From Candidatus Moraniibacteriota bacterium (GTDB lineage Bacteria; Patescibacteriota; Minisyncoccia; Moranbacterales; UBA1568), in the NCBI GenBank assembly GCA_049287005.1, contig JBAQEZ010000003.1, positions 329,745 to 393,744 of the forward strand: a stretch of DNA of 64,000 nt, given 5' to 3'. Position numbers and translations under genes: made by a program. Shown in pieces: positions 1 through 10,539 of the stretch (position 1 is its first letter; each line of letters opens with the position of its first letter). The notes beneath the pieces are model-generated. The model saw nothing but the letters and a program-made list of their open reading frames with translations, ran no database searches and was not told where the DNA came from.

Positions 1-758
1 GAGAGAATGGAGATTTTCGATGAGCGGGAAGCGAAATCTTCTGGATGTGATATAAAAAAATCATAAAACATCGGCGCAGCAGCGACGAAGGCTCCCAGGA
101 TGAAAAGGGCAGCGTGCTTCCAGTAGCGTTGGAGAAAACGTTCGTAGGACAGCATGAGCGCCGGCAGGAGAATCACGAGGATGAGCGGGGCGACGCGAAA
201 CGCGATATACGTATGCAGACCAAGACCGAAGATGATGCCGGAGAAGAGAAAGTCACGGAACTGTCTGGTACGCAGGCCGCGAAAGAAGAAATAAAAGGAG
301 AAGGAGAGGATGAACGTGGTCATGATGGCGCGGAATCCGATGCGGGAAAAGTTGATTGCCCAATAGGAGGTCGCGATCATGAACGCCGCGATGATGCCGA
401 CTGCCCGCCGGTGGAAAAGTTCTTTGCCGAGAAGATAGAGTCCGAGCACCGACAGCGTGCCGAAAAGAATGGACCAGAGTTTGAGTCCGAGAATGGTATT
501 GCCGAGGATGGCGATTGAAAGCGTCTGCAGGTTGATAAAGAGCCCTTCCCGGCCGTAGTTGGCGGGGTAGAAAAGTTTGAAGTCATGGGTCTCGATGGCG
601 TGCAGGGCATCCACGCCGTTGGCGGCCTCGTCAGGATAGATGCCGGTGGGGATGCTGTCGATGTGATAGATTCTGACGGTAAAAGCCAGGATCAGAATGA
701 GAAGCAGAAGAACCGTTGTCGCGACATGGTGCGGACGATACGTGAAGCGTTCAAACAT
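1..758 (-). CDS. GT-C fold glycosyltransferase, ArnT/PMT-like (family 39/83), N-terminal part; the ORF runs off the window start
   Basis: Reverse-strand translation from ATG at 756-758 gives MFERFTYRPHH..IYPDEAANGVDALH.. with many hydrophobic TM segments and the early DE motif typical of ArnT/PMT transferases. The open frame continues to position 1. The plus-strand ORF 114-518 is a shadow of this gene. Confidence 0.6.
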   Translation of the reverse strand, partial: MFERFTYRPHHVATTVLLLLILILAFTVRIYHIDSIPTGIYPDEAANGVDALHAIETHDFKLFYPANYGREGLFINLQTLSIAILGNTILGLKLWSILFGTLSVLGLYLLGKELFHRRAVGIIAAFMIATSYWAINFSRIGFRAIMTTFILSFSFYFFFRGLRTRQFRDFLFSGIIFGLGLHTYIAFRVAPLILVILLPALMLSYERFLQRYWKHAALFILGAFVAAAPMFYDFFISHPEDFASRSSKISIL

Positions 759-821
759 ATATTATTTTTGTTTTTTATGATAGAATTATAGCAAAGATAA
801 GCTGAAAAGAAAAATCAAATC

Positions 822-3467
822 ATGAGAGGTGAAGGAAGAATCGATCCGCAATCATACCGCAAGGGAGAAAAGAGTTTCTCCAAAAGTTTTCCGTTTCCCG
901 AAGATGGGAAAATAATTTTTACGGATGGTATCGCACCACATGTGGAGCAATCTAAAAAGACTCCACCGAGCAAGGGTGACGTTTTTGAAAATACTACGAG
1001 CGGAGATCGTATTGTTGTGCGTGGGGTAAGAACGCAGGGTGGGGAGCAGAATGTTTCGTATATAGAAACGTATTCTCATGGAGGAGCGAAAAATGGGAAG
1101 AAAGTGATGGAAAAGCCGCTCAGAAACTTCACTGTTTTGGCTGCTGTAGCGGAAATGGAGAAGATCGATCCCATCAAGGAAAAGGATCCAGAGCTTTATG
1201 CGGCGTATGAGGAACAGATGGAGAAATTAGCCGCTGCTTTTGTCCGCGAGTTCACGGCCGTTGACAGGTTGATAGATGCATGGGGCGAATCTTTACAAGA
1301 GACGGCCGATATTGATCTGTACGATCAATTGTATGAAGCAATGGAGAAAATAACCAAGCAATGGAACACGCTGGATGATCGTTTCGTGGAACAGGGAAGG
1401 CACAGAATGCGATTGTTCGCTGAACTCCGTGGACTTGAAGGAAAAATGCCCGGAGACCATCGGGCGGAAATCATGGAACCCAAAGCACTCTATGCTGATT
1501 CGGAGTTCCAGCTCGGGACCGAGTTGGTAGAGAAGATATATCAGAACACTCTGCTGGATAAAAAAGTTGAGGCTCTGCAGAAAAAATACGACCGTGCTAA
1601 AGCCGGCAGGATCGCTATCGCTTCGGATGCGCCGAGTCCCGTGGCTTTCGCAGCGCAGGTCAATGATTTATTCGCTTCCATCGGAGAAGCATCATCGTCA
1701 GAAGATATAAAAAGCGTATTGACTCAATTGGGCGCGCTTGAGGAGCGGGTATTCGTGGGAGAAAAGGAGGCTGTCAGCGGCGATGCGGATAAAAAGAGCC
1801 ATCGCGAGAGCAAGGGGAAATGGCTGAAGCGGTTTCGCGATGTAACGGTTGATGATAAGGTGAAGCCATCGGGTAAGCAGGACGGGAAAAAGATCGCTGG
1901 CACCCGGGCGAGAGGAGGATGGACACCAAAAGACGCAGCCTCAGAGCCGGTTGCTCTGCCCTCCGCTGTTTCAGTGGATGAAAATGGTGTAGAATCAAAA
2001 GAAGAAACCACGCAAGCCATGACAGATACTCCCGTCGCCTCACCATCTGTCGCGGAGTATCTCAATAATACCGATACTATGCATCCCAATGAAAATCCAG
2101 CGCAGCCAGATTCCAAAAAACAGGAGTTTTTGGATGCTTTTGCTCAGACCTTTGAAGATTTGAAGGTAAAAATCTCGGGAGCAGAAAATATGAAAGCATT
2201 GAAAGATCTGAAACGCGGCGGCCGGGATGCAAGGTATATGTTTTTTGATCTGGATAACTTTGCCGAGTATCTCAATCATTTGAATGGCAAGAGCAAGGAA
2301 GAGGAGCGCAGGGAAACATTCGATAAGATAGTGGCAGCAGACAAAGAACTGGACAAGCTCTGCCGGGCAAGAAAGAGGCAGCTAGGGGAAGTGGTATCAA
2401 AACAGACAGGTGTCACAGGGCGTCCCACAAAAGAGAGCGGAGAGAGGGCGGCCAGACGGGAGGGCAAAAAACTTTCCAATGAAGAGGTGTTCGCTCAACT
2501 TACCGGCACATTGAAAGTAGGTCGAATTTTTAAAAAGGATGGAGAGCCCTTGCTCATCATACGTTCTGTCACTTCCGAAGGGATAGATATAGAATTTCGC
2601 AATGATACCAAAGATACGGAATGGAAACATGGGAAGATTGGGCCGAAACAAGCGTCAGTATTTTGGCAACAGTTAGAGACAAGCTTCGGTTGGACCGGAG
2701 AGAAGGCATCGATCAGAAAAGCCAGAACTGCTAAACCTCCTTTTCAGCAGCCCATGCCAGTTGATATAGATGAGGCGGTGAGAGAGGCGCATAATAAGGA
2801 TGCGCTCACTGATGAAGAGAGGAAGCATCAGAAAAAAGTAGGTGCAGAAAAAGTAAAATCAAAACAAGCGTCTTTTGCGAACAAGGAGACAGCCAAGGAG
2901 AGAGCGACTAAAGAGCTGGCGGAGTTGCGCGCTGTCATTGAAGAGAAGAAAAAATGGACCCAAGATTTTTTTGCCGATCCGGCGAATGCCGGCCTGGTGA
3001 CGCAGGAATCGCTCGATAATCTCATCAATTATCTGGATAAATTACGGACAGATTCTGAGAGTGCGGTGGCGGATGGCCGGCACAAGAGAGTGTCTTACGC
3101 TCTCAAAGAGGCTCGTGAAGCCAAATTCATGCCAGAAGAGCCGAAGCAGGAGCCAGCCGTCTCAGCGTCGGCGGAGCAGCTCCAGACACCAGAAAGAACC
3201 TATGAAGCGCTGTATACAGAGGCAGAAAAAAGCGGTTATTCTTATACGCTTATCGGCGCTCTCGCTAGCGGCATTCGTACGATGAAGGAAACCTCTCCGG
3301 AATTGGCAGCTCAGAAGGCAAAATATCAGCAGCAGATCGCCGATGCTCTTATCGATAATATGGAAGATACTTTCAAGGTGACAGGAGAAAAACTTGGCTG
3401 GTCGGCGGCAGAAAAGAAAATTTTTATTGCAGAAATCGTCGCCAGCAGTATTGAAAAATTCCTCTAG
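822..3467 (+). CDS. large hypothetical protein (881 aa), highly charged and Lys/Glu-rich, coiled-coil-like, no TM segment
   Basis: Uninterrupted 2.6-kb ORF in a 55% GC background. It is the first gene of a co-directional cluster that ends with the VirD4-like ATPase. No recognisable catalytic motif. Confidence 0.5.
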   Translation: MRGEGRIDPQSYRKGEKSFSKSFPFPEDGKIIFTDGIAPHVEQSKKTPPSKGDVFENTTSGDRIVVRGVRTQGGEQNVSYIETYSHGGAKNGKKVMEKPLRNFTVLAAVAEMEKIDPIKEKDPELYAAYEEQMEKLAAAFVREFTAVDRLIDAWGESLQETADIDLYDQLYEAMEKITKQWNTLDDRFVEQGRHRMRLFAELRGLEGKMPGDHRAEIMEPKALYADSEFQLGTELVEKIYQNTLLDKKVEALQKKYDRAKAGRIAIASDAPSPVAFAAQVNDLFASIGEASSSEDIKSVLTQLGALEERVFVGEKEAVSGDADKKSHRESKGKWLKRFRDVTVDDKVKPSGKQDGKKIAGTRARGGWTPKDAASEPVALPSAVSVDENGVESKEETTQAMTDTPVASPSVAEYLNNTDTMHPNENPAQPDSKKQEFLDAFAQTFEDLKVKISGAENMKALKDLKRGGRDARYMFFDLDNFAEYLNHLNGKSKEEERRETFDKIVAADKELDKLCRARKRQLGEVVSKQTGVTGRPTKESGERAARREGKKLSNEEVFAQLTGTLKVGRIFKKDGEPLLIIRSVTSEGIDIEFRNDTKDTEWKHGKIGPKQASVFWQQLETSFGWTGEKASIRKARTAKPPFQQPMPVDIDEAVREAHNKDALTDEERKHQKKVGAEKVKSKQASFANKETAKERATKELAELRAVIEEKKKWTQDFFADPANAGLVTQESLDNLINYLDKLRTDSESAVADGRHKRVSYALKEAREAKFMPEEPKQEPAVSASAEQLQTPERTYEALYTEAEKSGYSYTLIGALASGIRTMKETSPELAAQKAKYQQQIADALIDNMEDTFKVTGEKLGWSAAEKKIFIAEIVASSIEKFL

Positions 3468-3519
3468 ACGAGGGCGAGGGGCGAAAACATCAAAAGGTGA
3501 AAGCTATTCATAAAAAAGC

Positions 3520-6306
3520 ATGAGCGAAAAAGATATCCTTGCGGCTATTCAAAAAGGAGCGCATATCGCAGGTGAGGAGGCGCGCAAACACTTGGGAGCG
3601 GATATCGCTGCTGCGCGGGTTGCGGCGATGACTCCTGATACTTTAAACGTGGAGCAGGCTGCTGGTCCCGATGCTCCTGTGGCCGTGGAGGCGATATCAG
3701 GAGCGACGGATATTGATGCAACGAATGTAAGAAGTCTTCGTAAAAGAGCAAGAAGAGATAAGGGGGCAAAATTGACAACATCATCGGCTACTCCTGTGGC
3801 GGTTGCCGTTCAACCTGTACCGGAACCAGCATCGGAGCCCGCGGTAGCGGCGGACGTAAAGATGCCGGAAGAGCGGCAGGCGCGGGAATTCGTGGAAAGT
3901 ATCCCGGATGGCGAGGAGATAATTTTGGTGAGCAGGAAAGGGAGAAGGGAACACTATCGGCGGGATGGCGCTGATCTGGTAAAGAAAAATGGCGATATCG
4001 TGACATTACCGGCCTGGAAAAAACATCGGGACGGATGGACACGGTCTCAGGAAGGAGTGAGGATCGAGCCTGTTCCGCAGAAGAAGCAGTTACCGCAGCG
4101 TGAGGGGGAAACAGTCGAGCTCATGGATCCTGTGGCCATGGAACTTTTCGAATACGTGCGACGCGGAGACGGATATACTCTTGTCGGTTCGGACGGCAAG
4201 GATGCTGAGTCGATTACGGCGGACGAACTGGAGCGTTTGCTGCGGACTGGCAAACTGTCCTTTACCGAGCAAGTCGCATCGCTCGACAACGAGGAGCATG
4301 AGCAAGGCGATCCATTGGAGGAGACAGAGCTGTTGCCGCATGACAGTCCTGAGGGCAAAGCGATTCTGGAGCAGTTCGGATTGAATCCAGAGTCCGTCCG
4401 AACGCCGGCCGAGATTGAACAAAACGCCATCGAAGAAAAAATTGCCGCGCTGAAAAACGAGGTGGGAGAGATGCGCGCGAAGTACGCGAAGGAAGACTAC
4501 GAAAGCGCGAATAATTGGAAGAAGCTCGCGGCTTTTTTCCGTCTGAAAAAATCAGATGAAAAAAATGCGGATACCGCGTATTGGAAGGCGCATTATAATA
4601 ATAAGCTCATTGATCTGAAAAATCTGGAGCTTGAGAAAATCAAGTCGTCAGATATGACTGAGGCAGCCGCGAAAAAAGAAATAATCGGTTTGCTCGAGTA
4701 TTATAAAAAGAGTGAGCCGCTTCAGCTCCATGCAGACCGTACACAAGTGAAAGCGGAACATCAAGGATGGCCAGGCAAGGTGATGGGTGCGTTTGAGGCT
4801 ATCGGAAGGAAATACAACCAGCGTTCTCGTAAAGAGAAGTATGTGACTGCGGCGGCATTGTTCGGACTGGCTGGCGCGACTGGCGGTGCCTCGCTTATGG
4901 CGGGGAGATTTTTTTCGAGTGCGGGCACTTTTGTCGGTCTGGATGCTTTTTTTGAAGGAATGGCTGAGAAGAAAATGAATAAGAGAGCCACAGCAGAAGC
5001 TCAGGAAGCGATGTCGGTTTGGGAGGGGCGACGAGAAGAGGGTCGGTTATCGAAAGTGGATATCGAACATTTCAGCGAACTTTTGCAGAATGATATTTTT
5101 GCATCGGATAAAAGGCTCCAAGATCAGAAGCGCAGCGCGTTGTTTCGAAAATCTTTGGCAGCGGCGATGGCGGCGGGCGTAGCCTTCGGCTTGCCCGGGT
5201 GGCTGTTCAATGAGTTGGGCGGACGAGAGTTGGCGGGCGCGACAGCGGGGTTCGTGATGAAGGACCTGGGCGGACGCGAAGCGGCAGATTTGGCCAAAGA
5301 GCAATTGTCAGATGCTTTTCATGGCACCGATATGGCTCATCCCGAGATGGTGATTCATCCCCATAGTCTTGGAGAAACACTCGCGCCTGAACCACAGACC
5401 GCAGAGGCGACCGGTATGACGGATGAGCAGTCGCGCGCCCTGGCAGCATCATCCGCGGAAGCACGGCCCGATTTTATCAATGAATTCGTAACGAAAGATA
5501 TCGTCGTCCGGCAAGGCGACTCGGTATGGAAAATCGCCGACCGATTGGCGAAAGAGCTCGGCCTGGAAGAGAAAAGCCCCCAAAGCACGCATTTTATTGA
5601 TGCGATTAAAGACAAATATGGGGATGTTTTATTGAAAGAAGGGGAAACGATTAATTTTTCATCCCAGGGCATTGATAAGGGCTTTATTGAGAATGCTTTG
5701 GGAGACGCGAAGGCATTGACGGCAGAACAGGCGGCTTCCATCGCGGCCCATGATGTGAAGATTGAGGAATTCGCGGCGGCTCATCCGGATGTCACGCTGA
5801 CGGATGAAAGCGTGGACGCGATCTTGCGGGAGCCAGACGGAGCGGATGTTCCAGCCGATGCGGTATCGGAGACCGGAGGAGATGATGGGGGATTGGTCGC
5901 CAGCACCGCCGTGGCCCATGAGAAGGGTTGGCAGCCTGCGGATATACAGTATGATCGGGATATCGTATTGGGAGCCAAGTATGATGTCACGGCGTACACG
6001 GAGTTTTTCAAGTTGAATCCGGAAGCTTTTCCGCAGTTTAAGAAGGTCGGAGAATCCTATCTGGAATTCATCTTCCAAGGAGATCAGACTGACACGAGGG
6101 CTATCGGAGGGAAAATGTTCGGTGAGTTGCGACGTCTGCCGAGCGAATCTTTGGGTCAGTTTGTCAAAATGGCACAGGAAACCTATGGAAGCAAGTTCGG
6201 CCTGCCCAATCCGAAGGAACAAGTGTATGCATACGTCGCGCGCATGGCGATGCTCGGTATGGAGCATCCGACTGGCAAACTCATCCGTTTACCGCAGGCG
6301 ATATGA
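3520..6306 (+). CDS. large hypothetical membrane protein (928 aa) with two central hydrophobic segments and a possible LysM-like segment
   Basis: Long ORF spaced 52 nt after the previous gene. Hydrophobic stretches YVTAAALFGLAGATGGASLMAG and LAAAMAAGVAFGLPGWLF. The segment DIVVRQGDSVWKIADRLAKELGL resembles a LysM motif. Confidence 0.5.
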   Translation: MSEKDILAAIQKGAHIAGEEARKHLGADIAAARVAAMTPDTLNVEQAAGPDAPVAVEAISGATDIDATNVRSLRKRARRDKGAKLTTSSATPVAVAVQPVPEPASEPAVAADVKMPEERQAREFVESIPDGEEIILVSRKGRREHYRRDGADLVKKNGDIVTLPAWKKHRDGWTRSQEGVRIEPVPQKKQLPQREGETVELMDPVAMELFEYVRRGDGYTLVGSDGKDAESITADELERLLRTGKLSFTEQVASLDNEEHEQGDPLEETELLPHDSPEGKAILEQFGLNPESVRTPAEIEQNAIEEKIAALKNEVGEMRAKYAKEDYESANNWKKLAAFFRLKKSDEKNADTAYWKAHYNNKLIDLKNLELEKIKSSDMTEAAAKKEIIGLLEYYKKSEPLQLHADRTQVKAEHQGWPGKVMGAFEAIGRKYNQRSRKEKYVTAAALFGLAGATGGASLMAGRFFSSAGTFVGLDAFFEGMAEKKMNKRATAEAQEAMSVWEGRREEGRLSKVDIEHFSELLQNDIFASDKRLQDQKRSALFRKSLAAAMAAGVAFGLPGWLFNELGGRELAGATAGFVMKDLGGREAADLAKEQLSDAFHGTDMAHPEMVIHPHSLGETLAPEPQTAEATGMTDEQSRALAASSAEARPDFINEFVTKDIVVRQGDSVWKIADRLAKELGLEEKSPQSTHFIDAIKDKYGDVLLKEGETINFSSQGIDKGFIENALGDAKALTAEQAASIAAHDVKIEEFAAAHPDVTLTDESVDAILREPDGADVPADAVSETGGDDGGLVASTAVAHEKGWQPADIQYDRDIVLGAKYDVTAYTEFFKLNPEAFPQFKKVGESYLEFIFQGDQTDTRAIGGKMFGELRRLPSESLGQFVKMAQETYGSKFGLPNPKEQVYAYVARMAMLGMEHPTGKLIRLPQAI

Positions 6307-6367
6307 GGCTCGGGGGGCGTGTTTCGGATAATCATAAAACAATATAACCATGTAACCCTAAAAACAT

Positions 6368-6673
6368 ATGGCACTTGATCAAGAAGCACTGAAAAAAGAA
6401 TTGATTGAAGTTTTTCATCTGGAAGACGTTCCGGCAAGCAAGCAAGAGGAATTACTGTCCAAAGTAGGAGAGGCGTTGCTCAAGCGGATTTTTCTAGAAA
6501 CCATGGAAAAGATGGGCGATGCGAACGTGACAGAATATGAAGCATTGTTAGACAAGGGAGCCAAACAGGAAGAACTCGAAGCATTTTTTGAAAAGAAGAT
6601 TCCAGGGTATACTGTCTTTGTACGTGGTGTTGTCACGCGATTCAAGGAAGAGATGGCAGAGGGCTTGGTTTAA
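6368..6673 (+). CDS. small hypothetical protein (101 aa)
   Basis: ORF in operon context between the large proteins and the ATPase; acidic and helical in composition. Confidence 0.4.
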   Translation: MALDQEALKKELIEVFHLEDVPASKQEELLSKVGEALLKRIFLETMEKMGDANVTEYEALLDKGAKQEELEAFFEKKIPGYTVFVRGVVTRFKEEMAEGLV

Positions 6674-6707
6674 ACATTTTTTCTCGCAGCGGCGAGCAGC
6701 ACATATT

Positions 6708-7142
6708 ATGTCAGAAGAAAAAATTGAGGGAGGGGTAGAGAGCGGGAAAATGAGTGAAGATGGTTCCGAAAAACAGCCGGGGGATGAAGGAACATTGGAA
6801 ATCTTTCCGGCGCAAGAAAAGGCAGTATCTGCCGAAGGGGAGTCAGAGCGGCTCGAAGGAAAATATAACGAGATTCTTGCGAAAGTGGCGCCTCAGACCG
6901 CGACGAGCGGCCAGTTATCTGATCAGGATGCCATGCTGGATGCCAAGAGTATCAGCGCTACGGTTGATGAAGAAAGCAAGATTCAGAAGCTGCTTGATCT
7001 GGCATCATCCAAGGGGGTTGTCTATGCAGTCAAGGTGGCTCGATCTCTTCAGGATTATTACGCGTTGGATCGGATGCACGACGAGTTGGCGGATAAATTG
7101 TACGCAGGGCTTTTGGCGAAAGGCCTTATCACGAAAGAATAA
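6708..7142 (+). CDS. small hypothetical protein (144 aa)
   Basis: Start reassigned to the internal ATG at 6708 (MSEEKIEGG...) because the 6588 start overlaps the upstream gene. Followed by a GC hairpin CGGGATC-CGC-GATCCCG at about 7176-7192. Confidence 0.4.
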   Translation: MSEEKIEGGVESGKMSEDGSEKQPGDEGTLEIFPAQEKAVSAEGESERLEGKYNEILAKVAPQTATSGQLSDQDAMLDAKSISATVDEESKIQKLLDLASSKGVVYAVKVARSLQDYYALDRMHDELADKLYAGLLAKGLITKE

Positions 7143-7287
7143 AAGGAACCATTTGTTTCATTCGTGTCGCCCGCCGGATCGGGATCCGCGATCCCGCCAA
7201 GGCGGTGGCGCGCAATGCTCTATTTTTTAATTTTAAAATTCAGACATTGTTGAGAAATGAGCAAGTGAGCGTTGGAAATTTTCATCT

Positions 7288-9783
7288 ATGGGAGGACTCG
7301 ATTTTAATAGTATTCTCATGCCATTGGCATGGATTTTCGCCTCCGTGGCGATCGTCAGCGGAGCATATCTGGTCATCCGTAGTTTTTTGCGTTTCCGTTT
7401 TCAAGTGAACCAATCGATTAATATGGATTTGGAAATGATTCGGGTGACACGGAAAGAAGCTCCCGAGGGAGGCAATCAGCAACAGCCGCCGGGCGCGGAA
7501 GCGTGGAAAGAAGAGATCTTGGCTATGGAGCAGCTCCTTTCGTCTCTGACGATGCTCAAGCCCAAGGGAGGCTTTCTGAAGCGATTATTTTTTGATACGC
7601 CGACTATCGTTTTTGAGATTGCGAATCCGTCCTTGAGTGAAGAAATATTTTTTTACCTTTCGGTACCGAAGCGTTTTCGTGAAAACGCGGAAAAACAGGT
7701 GCATAGTTTTTTCCCTCACGCGGTGATTGAAAAAGTTCCTGATTATACTGTTTTCGCTCCGCAAAGCCACACTGCCGTAGCGGTATTGGGACTGGCGCAT
7801 GGACACGCTCTCCCGTTGCGCACCTATCGGACCGTGGACGTCGATCCGCTCAATGAGATTTCCAACGCGCTCAGTAAATTGAATGCGATCGAGGAAGGAG
7901 CCGCTATTCAGATTTTGTTGGCGAGGTCGAATTCTCACTGGCGCGGAGAGGGAAAACATATCGCCCAGAGAATGCAAGAAGGAAAACGGTTGAAGGATGC
8001 AAGAAATCAATCGGTTTTACGTGAAGCCTCTGCTACTTTGGGAAAGGGGATGCTGAGAACATTGACGAGCGGGAAGAATAAAAGCAGCCCAGAGGAAACC
8101 AAACAAGTGAGTCTGACTCCTGAAGAGCAAGAGCTGGTGAAATCTATCGATGAGAAGGCTAACAAGGGGGCGTTTCGTGTGAATATACGTCTTATCGCAT
8201 CGGGAGCGACAGAGGAGCGAGCAGAAGAGATTCTCGGGCACATGGAAAATGCTTTTGGGCAATTCGAAAATCCGGAAGTGAACAATTTTCGTATCAAAAG
8301 ACGTTATAAAGAAAAACGGACCGTGTACGATTTCATTTTCCGCAATTTTGACGATGAAACGGAGATGATCCTGACCGTCGAGGAGCTGGCCAGCATTTTC
8401 CATTTCCCGATTTCTACGACAGCAACGCCGAAAATCAAATGGCTCAAAGCCGGAGCGGCTCCGCCGCCGGTCAATATCCCGCCGGAAGGGCTGCTGCTCG
8501 GCTATAATGATTATCGCGGGGTGAAAACGGATATTCGCATCACGGAGAATGATCGACGACGGCATATGTACGTCATCGGTCAGACGGGCGTGGGCAAATC
8601 CGTCTTTCTGCAAGAAATGGCCAAGAAGGACGCGGCGGCCGGCAAAGGTTTCTGCTTCATCGATCCGCATGGCGATGCCATCGAGGATATTCTGACGGCT
8701 ATTCCCAAAGAACGCGCGGAGGACGTAATCCTGTTTGATCCCTCCGATACGGAACGCCCGATCGGACTCAATATGCTCGAGTATGATCCTGCGCATCCGG
8801 AACAGAAAACCTTCGTCATCAACGAGATGATCGGCATTTTCGACCAGCTGTACGATTTGAAAGCGACGGGAGGGCCGATGTTCGAGCAGTATATGCGCAA
8901 CGCCATGCTCCTGATCATGGAGGATCCGGAGAGCGGATCGACGCTGATGGAGATTTCCAGGGTGCTGGCCGATGAGGAGTTCCGCAGATACAAGCTGTCC
9001 AAATGCAACAATCCGATCGCTTATGATTTCTGGACGAAAGAAGCGGAAAAGGCCGGCGGGGAAGCGGCTCTGGCGAACATGGTGCCGTATATCACCTCCA
9101 AGCTCACCACCTTCATCAGCAACGATATGATGCGGCCGATCATCGCCCAGCAGAAGAGCACGCTCAATTTCCGCGAGATCATGGACGGCAAGAAAATCCT
9201 GCTCGTCAATCTTTCCAAGGGCAAGATCGGTGAGATCAACGCGCGCCTGCTCGGCATGGTCATCGTGGGGAAGATCCTGATGGCGGCCCTGTCGCGGGTG
9301 GATACGCCGGAAGACGAGCGTACGGATTTCTATCTCTATATGGATGAATTCCAGAACGTCACCACCAATTCTATCGCGCAGATCCTTTCGGAAGCGCGCA
9401 AGTATCGGCTGGTGCTGACGATGGCGCATCAGTTCATCGCGCAGCTGAAGGAAGAGATCGCCAAGGCGGTCTTCGGAAACGTCGGATCGCTGGTCTCGTT
9501 CCGGGTCGGATCGGAAGACGGCGAGTTTTTAGAAAAGCAGTTCCTCCCGGTGTTTACGGCGCGTGATCTCATCAATGTGGATAACCGCAACTGTTTCGTG
9601 AAGCTGCTCATGAACAACGAACTGACCAAGCCGTTCAATATGAAAACCTATCCGCCGACGCACGGCAATCAGGAGGTGGCCAACGCCCTCAAGGAGCTCT
9701 CCCGCCTGCGCTATGGCCGCGATGCCACCATCGTCAACCGCGAGATCATGAGTCGCATCAAGCTGGCGGAAAAACCAGTCTAG
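7288..9783 (+). CDS. type IV secretion coupling protein-like P-loop ATPase (VirD4/TraG/TraD/TrwB family), membrane anchored
   Basis: N-terminal TM helix (PLAWIFASVAIVSGAYLVI). Walker A GQTGVGKS, followed by FIDPHGD as in the TrwB/VirD4 IDPKGD motif. Walker B-like FYLYMDEF. C-terminal TMAHQFIAQL matches the motif C/Q-L signature of coupling proteins. Confidence 0.75.
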   Translation: MGGLDFNSILMPLAWIFASVAIVSGAYLVIRSFLRFRFQVNQSINMDLEMIRVTRKEAPEGGNQQQPPGAEAWKEEILAMEQLLSSLTMLKPKGGFLKRLFFDTPTIVFEIANPSLSEEIFFYLSVPKRFRENAEKQVHSFFPHAVIEKVPDYTVFAPQSHTAVAVLGLAHGHALPLRTYRTVDVDPLNEISNALSKLNAIEEGAAIQILLARSNSHWRGEGKHIAQRMQEGKRLKDARNQSVLREASATLGKGMLRTLTSGKNKSSPEETKQVSLTPEEQELVKSIDEKANKGAFRVNIRLIASGATEERAEEILGHMENAFGQFENPEVNNFRIKRRYKEKRTVYDFIFRNFDDETEMILTVEELASIFHFPISTTATPKIKWLKAGAAPPPVNIPPEGLLLGYNDYRGVKTDIRITENDRRRHMYVIGQTGVGKSVFLQEMAKKDAAAGKGFCFIDPHGDAIEDILTAIPKERAEDVILFDPSDTERPIGLNMLEYDPAHPEQKTFVINEMIGIFDQLYDLKATGGPMFEQYMRNAMLLIMEDPESGSTLMEISRVLADEEFRRYKLSKCNNPIAYDFWTKEAEKAGGEAALANMVPYITSKLTTFISNDMMRPIIAQQKSTLNFREIMDGKKILLVNLSKGKIGEINARLLGMVIVGKILMAALSRVDTPEDERTDFYLYMDEFQNVTTNSIAQILSEARKYRLVLTMAHQFIAQLKEEIAKAVFGNVGSLVSFRVGSEDGEFLEKQFLPVFTARDLINVDNRNCFVKLLMNNELTKPFNMKTYPPTHGNQEVANALKELSRLRYGRDATIVNREIMSRIKLAEKPV

Positions 9784-9874
9784 AAAAAGAGCAGGGATCG
9801 AGAGTTATGAATCAGGAAAGAGACTCTTTTGATTTAAGGAAAGCCTTGCTTCGGGGATTTATGGGCGGCTCCCC

Positions 9875-9903
9875 TTGACTTTCTATGTCTTTTGGAGTAT
9901 AAT
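9875..9903 (+). promoter_or_regulatory. sigma70-like promoter: TTGACT, 17-nt spacer, TATAAT
   Basis: Near-consensus -35 at 9875-9880 and perfect -10 at 9898-9903, about 60 nt upstream of the ATG at 9965, which has a GAGGAG RBS. Confidence 0.6.
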
Positions 9904-9964
9904 TGCGATTTGTACCTTTTGAAACAACCGGCAATGGTGCCGATTCCTCCGAGGAGAATGCGAT

Positions 9965-10357
9965 ATGTTGAAAAACTGGCTGAAGGGTCTGATAATCGGT
10001 CTGATGATCATGGGTTGCACGCTGATTCTGATGTTTGCCAGTCTGCTCATCATTTGGATGGCGGGCGGCAATGAACTTTCTCTGCGCCAGCTTCTCATGG
10101 GCGTGCTGCTGAGCTGGTTCCTGGAGGTTGTGATCCTGATACCGCTCGGATCACTGCCGAGAGAGGTGAACAGGAACGCATTCCTGGCGCGTGCCATCTT
10201 CGTGTGGCTCCCGGTGTCCGGCGGGTGGTTCCTGATGCTCCAGGGGATGCCTCTCTGGGTTTTCCCCGCAGGCATGCTGATCTCCTCCACCTGCGTCGGT
10301 TACAACATGATGGTGACGCACGAGAAGAAAAAACAAGCGGCCAGCAGACGTCCCTAG
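9965..10357 (+). CDS. small integral membrane protein (130 aa), hypothetical
   Basis: Four predicted hydrophobic helices; strong promoter and RBS upstream. Confidence 0.5.
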   Translation: MLKNWLKGLIIGLMIMGCTLILMFASLLIIWMAGGNELSLRQLLMGVLLSWFLEVVILIPLGSLPREVNRNAFLARAIFVWLPVSGGWFLMLQGMPLWVFPAGMLISSTCVGYNMMVTHEKKKQAASRRP

Positions 10358-10539
10358 AGACGGAAAGAGATATGCCAAGAGCAGTGAGGGTAAATCCCGA
10401 TAGCTGCTCTTTGTTTTTTCTTTAAAAAGCTTATTACCAAACCTTTCATTATTGACTTATAACTATCAAAGAAGAGACCAAAGTTTTTGAGGAAACCGCC
10501 TCGAAAAATTGCTTTGCTATTGCGGTGGACGTATCTGCG

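Noticed and set aside
114-518. Plus-strand ORF of 134 aa rich in Glu, Arg and Asp
   Set aside because: It is the antisense shadow of the minus-strand ArnT-like membrane glycosyltransferase gene (1-758). Its composition is low-complexity and it has no RBS.
852-6267. Numerous 60-200-aa minus-strand ORFs overlapping the two large plus-strand genes
   Set aside because: They are antisense frames inside long, well-spaced plus-strand ORFs. They are Ser/Arg/Pro-rich, as expected for GC-rich antisense translation.
8017-9429. 470-aa minus-strand ORF
   Set aside because: It lies entirely antisense within the VirD4-like ATPase gene, which carries clear Walker motifs on the plus strand.
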